A stretch of DNA of 63,621 nucleotides, counting the filler, from Octopus bimaculoides (Eukaryota), in NCBI RefSeq assembly GCF_001194135.2. It is 9 parts of 7 records of this genome, joined end to end, with 100 filler letters (N's around TTAATTAATTAA, not from the genome) between each part and the next. Parts side by side here need not be neighbours in the genome. Positions count along the whole stretch, not along the records: positions 1 to 8,358 come from NW_026390422.1; positions 8,459 to 28,284 come from NC_068981.1; 7 more parts are not named here. The stretch is one strand, 5' to 3'. Shown in pieces: positions 1-11,900 of this stretch. The position numbers were made by a program, and so were the translations under genes. Every line of letters starts with the position of its first letter. The stretch's first letter is position 1. The notes beneath the pieces were generated by a model. That model was not told the DNA's origin. It searched no databases and was given only the letters and a program-made list of their open reading frames with translations.

Positions 1-1339
1 GTGGAGTTGAACCGGTGCATGTGTTATTACTATTGGTGTAATGGCTCTCCCAAGACACAACATTTGTTTCAACACACGAATTCAAATCTAGAATACTGCA
101 AACTAAATAGAAAGACAAAATGTATTGATGAACGTGAAATAGAAAGCAGACCTGGAAATGTGAGGACATATCATGGATGAGGTTGTGAATAAAGATGAAT
201 GAACTTTGACAAACAAACAATTGATTGTTTAACCAACTCGTTAAGCAAAAAAACAATTAGTTAGTCAGATAACACAGTGTAATATAATTTTTGACCTTGG
301 GTAGCAACTATTATTTCCAATTTGCTTTCTCCTAGAAAGTATGAAAAATGGCTGATATTTCCTTCAAGCTCTGCTTTTGCTATGATATTTATTCAAACCC
401 CAAAGAATCCCTCCCAACACATGGCTATGATGCTCCCCCACTGCTTCTGATCATCATCAGAGATGCATATATTGTCAGCCACTAAGGAATATGCTCAAGT
501 AGTTAAGGTCAAGCAACTGACAAGCAAATTTGTGGTATTGAGCAGAATATTTGCTATAACGATATTTCTGCTTCAGCAACTCAGTGCTGAGTCTGTCTGA
601 AATGTAATGGAAAATAGGTCAGTTTAAAACATTGATGACCAGGTCACAAAAGGAAAGTTTGAAGGGAATAGTTGTCATTTCCTTTGATTTTTAGATAGAA
701 GCAAATAGGAAATAATAGTTACTAACCAAAGACAAAAAAAAAAAAAAATCAAAATTTTGTTACACAGTGTAATTAACCAATTGGTTAACAAAAAAGAAGT
801 GATATTGAATCAGTGCATGTGTTTATTATTATTGGCATAACAACCCTACCAAATAAAAAAAAAGCTCAAAATACAAATATAACAATATATTTAAATGAAA
901 ACTAAAAAACTGCAATCACAAATCACCTAACATGAATTAGCTTCTGATTAGAAAAATTATTTGAATTAAATTATTCATTTTTATCATGGAACTTGAAGTA
1001 GATAGGACTACAAATAATAAGCATATAGAATATTATCTCAAAAAAGCCCCTTGAATATAAAGGGGTCAAATGCTGTTAATGATAGTAATGGAATGTGTAT
1101 TGTTGGTGGTGGTCATGTATAGATGATGGTGTTGGTGGTAGTGCATGGATGATGGTGTTGATGGTAGAGGTGTGTGTGTAAATATTGTGGTGTAATGCGT
1201 TTAGTAGGGTTGGTAATGGTGGTGGTGGTAGTAGCATAAAGATAATGGTGGTGGTTAAAGAATGCTGGCTGTTGTGTCAGTAATGGTGGTGTGGATAGAG
1301 GTCTATGGGATGAAAGGAATGAAGCAGAATTGAACTCAC

Positions 1340-1442
1340 TGTCCACCGAATATACACTCCAGCTTCACTGTGTCTCCCTTCAGAAAGACCATCTCGTTAG
1401 GGCTAGCACTGAGGATATGAAGCTGGTGGTCTTTTGGCTGCT
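1340..1442 (-). CDS. Exon encoding the start of Ig3 ([34 protein letters not shown])
   Basis: Acceptor cttttgtctactttcAG, donor CA|GTGAGT, 103 nt (2+33x3+2). The LECIFGG motif is typical of neuroglian Ig3. Confidence 0.92.
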
Positions 1443-2055
1443 CTGAAAGTAGACAAAAGATAAGGTGCTCATACATATGCAAATATTTTGCTTAGGTATT
1501 GCGATACTAGTGACCTGATGTTACAACTCAAATTACATATACTTGAGAATGAAGTGTTTATGAAGTACAGAGCAGTAATAGGAAATCATGAAGACAAATG
1601 ACTAAATAATTGTCTAATGAATTACACACACACACACACACACACAAGTTATCTGTAAAGTGTATCCTCACTCCATCATGTCTTATTCTCCCACCAGTTG
1701 GCCAATCTTGAAAAAAACCTTAATATATCTATCTGTCTGTCTGTTTATATATATGTGTGTGTATATNNNNNNNNNNNNNNNNNNNNNNNNNNNNNNNNNN
1801 NNNNNNNNNNNNNNNNNNNNNNNNNNNNNNNNNNNNNNNNNNNNNNNNNNNNNNNNNNNNNNNNNNNNNNNNNNNNNNNNNNNNNNNNNNNNNNNNNNNN
1901 NNNNNNNNNNNNNNNNNNNNNNNNNNNNNNNNNNNNNNNNNNNNNNNNNNNNNNNNNNNNNNNNNNNNNNNNNNNNNNNNNNNNNNNNNNNNNNNNNNNN
2001 NNNNNNNNNNNNNNNNNNNNNNNNNNNNNNNNNNNNNNNNNNNNNNNNNNNNNNN

Positions 2056-2095
<40 letters not shown>

Positions 2096-3124
2096 TGCTA
2101 ATACATGACCCATGTTGGACTTCTCACTCATATCATTATTGAGCCTGGAGCTTAACCATGGTCTATCCATAGCACTTACTTAGTGTCCACCTGATACCTT
2201 TTGAGTCTTCCTGACACCAATACCTTTCATACTCTTTATATATATATATATATAATTATTGATAATAATATGACAACAAAAGAATGAATGAGACCTTGAT
2301 ATTATGTAAATAGAGGAATTTATCTGTAATATAATATGTGACAATTATTTGGTTGCCATAATAAAACTCCAAGTTTCGGATGTCAGGGCGGAAATCTGCT
2401 CTGGCACCTTGTCAGTTATTAAGACAAACAAAAAGGCTATGAAGAATCCATAAGCATTTTTGTTTGTCTTAATAAATGATGAGATGCCGGTTTCACTTAT
2501 TAAAAAAGATTTTCAAAAGTCAAGAGTGAGGTTTTTTTGTGTATCCTCAGTGGTGTCAAAAATTATTTTACAAAAATGTATTCAAATCAAGGGATAGTCT
2601 TTGACAATGATAAGAAACAGTTTGAAGCTTTGTGTATCCTTGAGTGTTCATTTGGAAATTAAAGTAGATCTCACCTGGTAAGGTTTTCAAAAAAATGGGT
2701 TTACCCACTGTGAATGCTCGTGCAAACATATTGGAAGCCACACAAACATAGGCAGTGTCTTTGTAGGAGTCTTCTTCTTGTACATTAACAAAGACAAGGT
2801 TGGCTGAAAGAGAAAGAGGGGAAGAGGTGTGGAGAGAAGAATTTTATGTGTATTTCTGAGTGTGGAATTATCATTTTATATTAATACTTTAATACTAGTG
2901 TCTTCGTCTTGGTTATTTTAGCCACAATATCTCTGCCACGATGCACTCCATTTTTATGCAGGCCCTAATTGTATTTGGTAATGTTCCTAGAATATGGAAC
3001 CTCTTGATGGACACTACTGTATTTTGTTTTTCCAGATGTCTGTTTGTAGATGAGAATGGATAAAGATATTGCCAGAATTTAAGTAGAGTTTGAGACAAAT
3101 GACTAAATAATTGTCTAATGAATT

Positions 3125-3198
<74 letters not shown>

Positions 3199-4748
3199 GT
3201 TATCTGTAAAGTGTATCCTCACTCCATCATGTCTTATTCTCCCACCAGTTGGCCAATCTTGAAAAAAACCTTAATATATCTATCTGTCTGTCTGTTTATA
3301 TATATGTGTGTGTATATATATCTCTTTTACTCTTTTACTTGTTTCAGTCTTTTGACTGTGGCCATGCTGGAGCACTGTCTTTAGTCGAGCAAATCGACCC
3401 CAGGACTTATTCTTTAGAAGCCTAGTACTTATTCTATCGGGGTGCCACTCTGATATTTACATCATGGTTGATTCCCTACACATCTACTATCCTTAGCACT
3501 CACAAATAACTGAAGTATTTAAACTCATAGTTGTAAATCTATCAATACAACATTTGTATGATTCTGTGTTGGATATACAGATTTCACAAAGCAAGGACAG
3601 ACACAACTGTCTTCAACAATGTACTTCAAATTACTCTCAATGACTTCCTATGACTTCCACGAACTCTCAATGGCTCCTACAACTGTCTCTTGTCTCAACC
3701 AATATGATACTCTTTTTAAGAGTTCGGTTGGTCCATTCTTCCAATCCCACAGGGGTGTCAATAACTTTTTCCACAACAGCAACTATGTACAGCCATCTTA
3801 CATGTAAGTCAGTGGGGTGTTTCAATTTAAAATTTTCCATCTTGTACATTAATATTTTGAATGAAAGCAGTAGCAGGGTGGGGTTGGATGGGGTCAATCA
3901 TATAAGATAATGTAGCTCCAGATTTGCTATGTCTGAATAAAAGTCCAAACGGTTACAGCTAGAACATCTTGGATCATAGGTCTGTCCACTGGATTTGGAT
4001 TGAACTGGGATTAAATAACAACAACACCAATAACTATAGTCACTAACACTAACTACTATACTATACATTAGGTAATGTAGTCCTAGATAAACAATGTCTT
4101 AATAAAAGATGGGACAATGGTAGCTGGAACATCTTTGATGATAGAAGATGATAGGGCTGATCCAAGGCAAATTAACTGCAACAACAAATAATGCCACAAA
4201 TAATAACAATCATATTATACATTATTTACAATATTTGATATATACCAATTATTTTAATTTCATCTCACAGGGGAAGGTGGTCTCCATTTTTCCATCCGTG
4301 ATCAGCTATACCTGATTTTTCAACATCTCTTCATGTCAAAGCCTTACAATGTTACTCTACCCTTATTTTGAGTGGGAAGCATGTTTTGCCTTTGTATAAC
4401 CTACTACAACTGCATGGGATGGAGTACACACAGTCTTTGGTCATATTCTCTTTTACTGGTGGTTTTATTCGAAGGAGATATTTGCAAAGTTTTGTATTAT
4501 GTCCTGAACCCATGCTTAGTGCATGTTATTAATACATCCAGGAATGCTAGCTGATTGTCCTTTTTCTTTTCCATTGTGAACTATATGAAATACTTTATTG
4601 AGTTTACATGATCTAGCAGTACTTGGACATCTTCCTGGTGGAGCCAGAGTATAAAGGTGTATACAGTGATGACAGTGTATACAGTGATGCATAGAGCATA
4701 ATGGTTAAGAGCATGGGCTGCTAACCCCAAGATTTCAAGTTCAATTCC

Positions 4749-4791
<43 letters not shown>

Positions 4792-6118
4792 TATTCAGAC
4801 AAATACATAACAAAAATACCAGGACTTACAAATATATATAACATACAGAAAATTGCACTACTGGGTACTGCACACGTTCTACGCAAAACACTTTCAATAC
4901 AGTAAACATAAGAGCACCACAGCAAACCACAGCACATACCCAAGGCACACAGAGCTGCGCTCGGTAGTGAAGTGAAAGCACGTTATAAAAATAAAACTAC
5001 TGAACAATAATAATAATAATAATAATAACAGCATCAGCAAAAAATACCGTAAGAACGAAAACCCTGGGTTGGGTTCAAAATTACACCAAGACACCTGATG
5101 AATGCTGGAGAGTAAATCAGCCAAAATGTTGTGGTAACAACAAACAAGATGAGGACACATATCCGTCCAATGTAAATAATATAAATAATGTACAGAATTC
5201 CTCATCTCTAAAATATAGAACAGCATTATATTATACATTAGATAATATAGTCCTAGATATACTATGAATAAAAGATGGGATGGCCATAGTTGGAACATTT
5301 TTGACCATAGGTCTGTCTAAGGATTAGGACTGACCTGGAGCTAAACAACAACACTGATATCTAGTCATCAAAGAAGACAAAACAGTATTGGTAGTGGTGG
5401 TCATAATAAGAAGGCAATACTGACCTTCGTGATCCATTAGGATTCGTTCAGTGAAGTTAAAGGCCTTGGTTGACCCATTATTGTGTTTCAATAACCACGA
5501 CACATTGGCCTCAGGGTAACTGGTTGGCTTGTTACAAGAGAGGAGGAGAGATGCCCCTGGTAATGCAGTGATGGTCTTTAGTATCGAAACGGTGTATGGA
5601 TTCAGGAATGCAAAACGTAGTTCAACAATGCCTGAAATGGCCACTCCATAAGAGTTGTTTGCAAAGCACTGATATATGCCAGCGTCTTTCCTTTTGGGTT
5701 GCTTGAACACAAGTGTTCCCTCGTGTGGTACGGTGAGGATATGTCTGCCATGTCTGCCAGCCATGTTGAAGTCTTTTTTGTTCTTTTTCCACGTGTACCT
5801 GGTTGTAGGAGAGAGGGAAAAAGATGAAGATGGAAATGGGGATAGAGAGTAGGTGGATGTACTTATAAATGAAGTGATAATGGGTGTGGATTGAGAAAAG
5901 TAGAAAGGAGGACAGGGGTCTGTCTGTGTGGGTGTTTGCGTGAGTGTGTGTGAGAGAAAGAGAGAAAGAGATACAGACAAAGAGAAAGACAGAGAAACTG
6001 AATAGCAAGTTTAAAAACAATGTGAAGAGACAAAAAGTAGACACACACACACACACACACATGCATGTGTGCATACACCCCCCAAACATATAACCATACA
6101 TACACACACGTGTGTGTA

Positions 6119-6149
<31 letters not shown>

Positions 6150-8316
6150 CATCATCATCGTTTAACGTCCACTTTCCATGCTAGCATGGGTTGGACGATT
6201 TGACTGAGGACTGGTGAAACCAGATGGCTCCACCAGGCTCCAATCTGAATTGGCAGAGTTTCTACAGCTGGATGCCCTTCCTAACGCCAACCACTCAGAG
6301 AGTGTAGTGGGTGCTTTTATGTGCCACCGGCACGAAGGCTAGTCAGGCGGTACTGGCAACGACCAAGCTCANNNNNNNNNNNNNNNNNNNNNNNNNNNNN
6401 NNNNNNNNNNNNNNNNNNNNNNNNNNNNNNNNNNNNNNNNNNNNNNNNNNNNNNNNNNNNNNNNNNNNNNNNNNNNNNNNNNNNNNNNNNNNNNNNNNNN
6501 NNNNNNNNNNNNNNNNNNNNNNNNNNNNNNNNNNNNNNNNNNNNNNNNNNNNNNNNNNNNNNNNNNNNNNNNNNNNNNNNNNNNNNNNNNNNNNNNNNNN
6601 NNNNNNNNNNNNNNNNNNNNNNNNNNNNNNNNNNNNNNNNNNNNNNNNNNNNNNNNNNNNNNNNNNNNNNNNNNNNNNNNNNNNNNNNNNNNNNNNNNNN
6701 NNNNNNNNNNNNNNNNNNNNNNNNNNNNNNNNNNNNNNNNNNNNNNNNNATATATATATATATATATGCACATACATACATACACATAACTGTCACTAAA
6801 TGGCGATCGAGAATTCTTAATACTGACATCAGTTTTGACAATTTCCATTGCCTCATGAGCTAAGACTGACTCAAACTTCAACTATTTTTGGACGATTAAG
6901 GTCCCTGTTAGTGTATATGTTCACATTTATGTGTGTTGACTACAGCATTAGACCATTTTAGCTCTTATTTCTAGCAATATAGGTGTTTCTAACACCCTAG
7001 TCACATTTAGTGACAATTAAATTCCTCATAGATAGATAGATAGATAGATAAGGAAAAATAAAGATATGGCTGGTGTATGGGATATTGGGTTTCATGTCTG
7101 TAAAGTGCTTAGCTTTGCAGAGCATCATCAAACCCTAAACCTGTTGGCCTATGGCCTCTATAGCAAGAGGCCTCTCTAGAAAATGGAGGAAGAAAAGACT
7201 TCGCTATTGTATGTCAACAACAGGGGATTGTCTCCTTTTGGCTGTTATTTGTAATTGACCCTGTTAGTGTGTAGATCTCGGGAGACCAGTTGGAATTTCC
7301 TGAAGTGCAAGCAGGGTCCAAGGACTTCCACTCTGGAGCTAAGGATGTTCCCCAGGTCAAGGGTGTCCTTTGATATCCTTATCCGTTTGGCTATGCACAG
7401 TTTACAACACTTGGTTCCATTTATGTAGGGGCCTGGTGTTTCTAGGATTTTCCATGATATTACATGTGGATTTCTGTCATCCTTCAGCTGCCATACATGG
7501 CTGGTTAATGATGTAGTGTCTCTCATTTCCGGTATCCTGAAAGAAGATCTGTGGTTGGAGCAGCATTGCTTAAACGTGTTACCGGAGCATCCAATATAAT
7601 CTATATATATTCATACTTATATATGCATGTATTAATAATTAAGAATGCTAAAAACAGCATCAGCATGCTAAAAATAGCAGTCAGAACATAACTACAACTA
7701 TAAATCTTCACTGATACATATTAATTGAATCGGGGGAATGAGCAAAAATTCTAAGCCCCTGTACCAATAACGAAAAGAATCATAAATTGAAAAGCCAGAC
7801 AACCACTTTTCCTAACGCCCATCCTCACGACGTGACTACATTATCTCCACACCACATAGCCACCACTTCTGCTCTACTGCCACCAGAACCACATGATTGC
7901 ACCACCACCACTACTACACAAACAATAATACATACGTTGGTTGTGGTTCACCACTGGCCTTGCATGGAACTACCACAGTCTCAAATTCTTTAAGCAGTAC
8001 CTGGGTAGGTGGGTTGATTAACATCACAGGTGGCTGGGTACCTGTAACAGAAAGAGGAGAGCATCACTGTCATAAACATACATAAAATCAACATCATCGT
8101 CCATGTTCCATGCTTGTGTCGATTGGACAGAGTTTATGGAGGTAGATTTTTTACAATCGGATTCCCTTCCTGTTGCCAACCCTCACCTGTTTCCAAGCAA
8201 GTTAATATTTCCCCATGGCCATACATACTTTTACAAAATATCAGAAATGAACAACAATCATTTGCGTTAATTGTGATGTCAAGGGAAAGAGAAACAAACA
8301 TTCATACACATGCATA

Positions 8317-8358
<42 letters not shown>

Positions 8359-8865
8359 NNNNNNNNNNNNNNNNNNNNNNNNNNNNNNNNNNNNNNNNNN
8401 NNTTAATTAATTAANNNNNNNNNNNNNNNNNNNNNNNNNNNNNNNNNNNNNNNNNNNNGTGTGCGTGCGTGTGCGTGCGTGTGTGTGCATATGTGGGTGC
8501 CTCTGTGTGTGTGTGCATGTGTGTGTGTGTGTGTGTACATGCAAACAAAATGAAAGCTAAGACCAAAGACTTTCCGAAGATGAATATTTAAGTATAAATA
8601 TATAGATATTTATATATTAATAGATCAAACTTACAGAGAGTCAGCGTCTGAAAATCTTCAGTCTTTGCTTTCTTTCTGTTTGCAAGTATATACATTTATA
8701 TATTTTTCGTATATCATGCCCAAGCTGTTATATTTAATTTATTTATCCACATAATTGCCTCCTGGTCACTCGGAAAGACATCGGAGTCTAAGATCGAATC
8801 ATGAGAACGCCACTAAGTGTTTTTTATACCGAGAATCTCTGGATCACATCTGTTGAATATATGTG

Positions 8866-8918
<53 letters not shown>

Positions 8919-8936
8919 CTGTATATATGCATATCC

Positions 8937-8983
<47 letters not shown>

Positions 8984-11900
8984 TGATAATACTATATAAA
9001 AATAGTTAAGTTATTGTTAACAAAAAGATAGTGAAATTAAAATTGGAATTAGAAATACTGATGTTGTATTAGTTCAATGACTATTATGTTGATAATGTCA
9101 GCAAACACGGAAAATAACTCTGGGGGTTTAGACTTCATAAGCGATGCATAGATTTCACTGAACTTCTGTTGAATTTTCAACAGTGATATACTATAAGACG
9201 ATAGAATAGCCAAGCTATCACCAAAATACTCTATTTCCTGAAAGGAAACAGACGTGAGATTATGTTTTCTACTAAAAATTCTCAGAATTTAGTTTCTGTT
9301 AAAGGTTAATCCTGACTACAAACTATAATATATAGATAATAGATTTCATAGATCACCTTGTTTAACACCACCACTTGGTCTTTGGTTGCGGCTAAAAATG
9401 TGGCAAGCATTTGGGTCGGATACCTAGGATTTCAGGGAGAAGGGATGATGGGAAAAATTATCTCCAGTCGAAGTTGGATGCTGAAAATTTCCTGTCCAGT
9501 CAGTATGGAGAACGTTTACAGCCATTAGCATAAGCAGAAAAGAGAGTAAGCAGCAGGAAGAGCTTTTTGTTTCTTAGGGAGCAAGTGAGAAAGAGAGAGA
9601 GAGCGAGAGAGANNNNNNNNNNNNNNNNNNNNNNNNNNNNNNNNNNNNNNNNNNNNNNNNNNNNNNNNNNNNNNNNNNNNNNNNNNNNNNNNNNNNNNNN
9701 NNNNNNNNNNNNNNNNNNNNNNNNNNNNNNNNNNNNNNNNNNNNNNNNNNNNNNNNNNNNNNNNNNNNNNNNNNNNNNNNNNNNNNNNNNNNNNNNNNNN
9801 NNNNNNNNNNNNNNNNNNNNNNNNNNNNNNNNNNNNNNNNNNNNNNNNNNNNNNNNNNNNNNNNNNNNNNNNNNNNNNNNNNNNNNNNNNNNNNNNNNNN
9901 NNNNNNNNNNNNNNNNNNNNNNNNNNNNNNNNNNNNNNNNNNNNNNNNNNNNNNNNNNNNNNNNNNNNNNNNNNNNNNNNNNNNNNNNNNNNNNNNNNNN
10001 NNNNNNNNNNNNNNNNNNNNNNNNNNNNNNNNNNNNNNNNNNNNNNNNNNNNNNNNNNNNNNNNNNNNNNNNNNNNNNNNNNNNNNNNNNNNNNNNNNNN
10101 NNNNNNNNNNNNNNNNNNNNNNNNNNNNNNNNNNNNNNNNNNNNNNNNNNNNNNNNNNNNNNNNNNNNNNNNNNNNNNNNNNNNNNNNNNNNNNNNNNNN
10201 NNNNNNNNNNNNNNNNNNNNNNNNNNNNNNNNNNNNNNNNNNNNNNNNNNNNNNNNNNNNNNNNNNNNNNNNNNNNNNNNNNNNNNNNNNNNNNNNNNNN
10301 NNNNNNNNNNNNNNNNNNNNNNNNNNNNNNNNNNNNNNNNNNNNNNNNNNNNNNNNNNNNNNNNNNNNNNNNNNNNNNNNNNNNNNNNNNNNNNNNNNNN
10401 NNNNNNNNNNNNNNNNNNNNNNNNNNNNNNNNNNNNNNNNNNNNNNNNNNNNNNNNNNNNNNNNNNNNNNNNNNNNNNNNNNNNNNNNNNNNNNNNNTAT
10501 ATGGGCATATAAATATATGGACATATATAGTAAAGAACTGAACGTATATCTAGCGTAAATATCATTTTTTCCTGATAAAGGAGGCATTCCCTGAAAAATG
10601 AATCTCAAGATTCGTTTGTTATTTGGAAGAATGAACCTCAGAAACGATCGTCGGAATACTTTATTTTCTTCCCAAACACTTTTTAATGACTATTGTTTTC
10701 TCTATACCATATTTTAATTTAAAAAACACGTTTTTATCTATATTCCATCATTATTATGTTTATATATCCATATATTTATATGTCAATGTATATTTTTAGT
10801 ATTCAGATAATTTTATATCTCTAATATATCAATATATGTTTCAGCTTGGACAATTCTTATTTTTATTTTAATTAAATCCGCATATGTATGTGTTAACCGT
10901 AGTTTGCCTGATTTGAACTTTTTCTATTGGTATCCATTATAATGATCTAACGCCTGAGGTTCGACTTGAGCACTTATACGCTGGCTATGTGCTTCGAAAC
11001 ATAATTATAACCTATTATATATATGTATATATATGCGCGCGTGTGTGAGTAAGTATGTGTGCGTGTGTTTGCGCGCCTATGTGTGAGTCCTTGTGTTTGT
11101 GCTTGACCTCCACCACCGCTTGACAACCGCTGTTGGTTTGTTTACGTTCCCGTAACTTAGCGGTTAGGTAAAATAAACAAATGGAATAAGTACCAGGCCT
11201 AAAAATAAGTACCAGGGTAGATTTGTTCGAGCAAGCCCCTCAAGGCTGTGTTCCAGCATGGCTGTAGTTCAATGACTGGAAGAAGCAAAAAGACACACAC
11301 TCACACACACACACACACAGAAAAAGCTTGACTGAAACATCATGACTGTTTGAATAAGTCACGGTTGTTTTATCAAATTGTATTTGTCATACATCTATTA
11401 TTCTTTTCAGATAGCAAAAATTTATATATTTATGCCTACAAGTATGACGTATACGTCGTTATAAAATTTTTGAAGACTAGTCGCAAAATTGTGCATTATG
11501 TATTATTATTTTTATTATGTGCATGTTACAAGTTCAAATCCCGGCGAATTCAGCTTTGCCTTTCATTTTGTTTCTGGACCGAGAAAATAAAGTACCAGTC
11601 AAATACTGTGTTCAATGGTATCGACTACTCCTACTGCCCTAAAAACTGTTAACCTTATCTCGAAAGCGGAAACAGTTTAAGCCAGAAGCCACTACTATAA
11701 TCATGATAAGGCGGTGAGATGGCAGAATCATTAACACATCGCAGAAAATGCTTAGCGGCATTATTCCGTCTTTACGATCCGAGTTCGGATTCTGACTTTG
11801 CTTTTCATCATTTCAGAGTCGATAAAATAAGTACTAGTTGAGTATTGGAGTCAGTGAAACCAATTTAACCCCCTTTTCTAAAACTGCTGGTCTGGTGCCA

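Noticed and set aside
3667-3897. ORF with PTDLHV, superficially like a fibronectin III start
   Set aside because: It sits between Ig2 half-exons that already splice in frame, has no convincing splice sites, and shows no further FN3 motifs.
4691-4750. tRNA-like sequences here and at each SINE head as tRNA genes
   Set aside because: They lack complete acceptor stems and continue into repeat bodies, so they are SINE heads.
8403-8414. TTAATTAATTAA embedded in N runs (also about 28329, 33157, 38111, 47067, 52038, 55264, 60730)
   Set aside because: It is always centred in gaps and carries stops in all frames, so it is an artificial scaffolding spacer.
9525-10608. Long ORFs over N runs (also 1.7-2.1, 6.3-6.8, 40.3-41.5, 52.5-53.8, 56.8-57.7 and 58.2-59.3 kb)
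   Set aside because: They are open only because Ns contain no stop codons.
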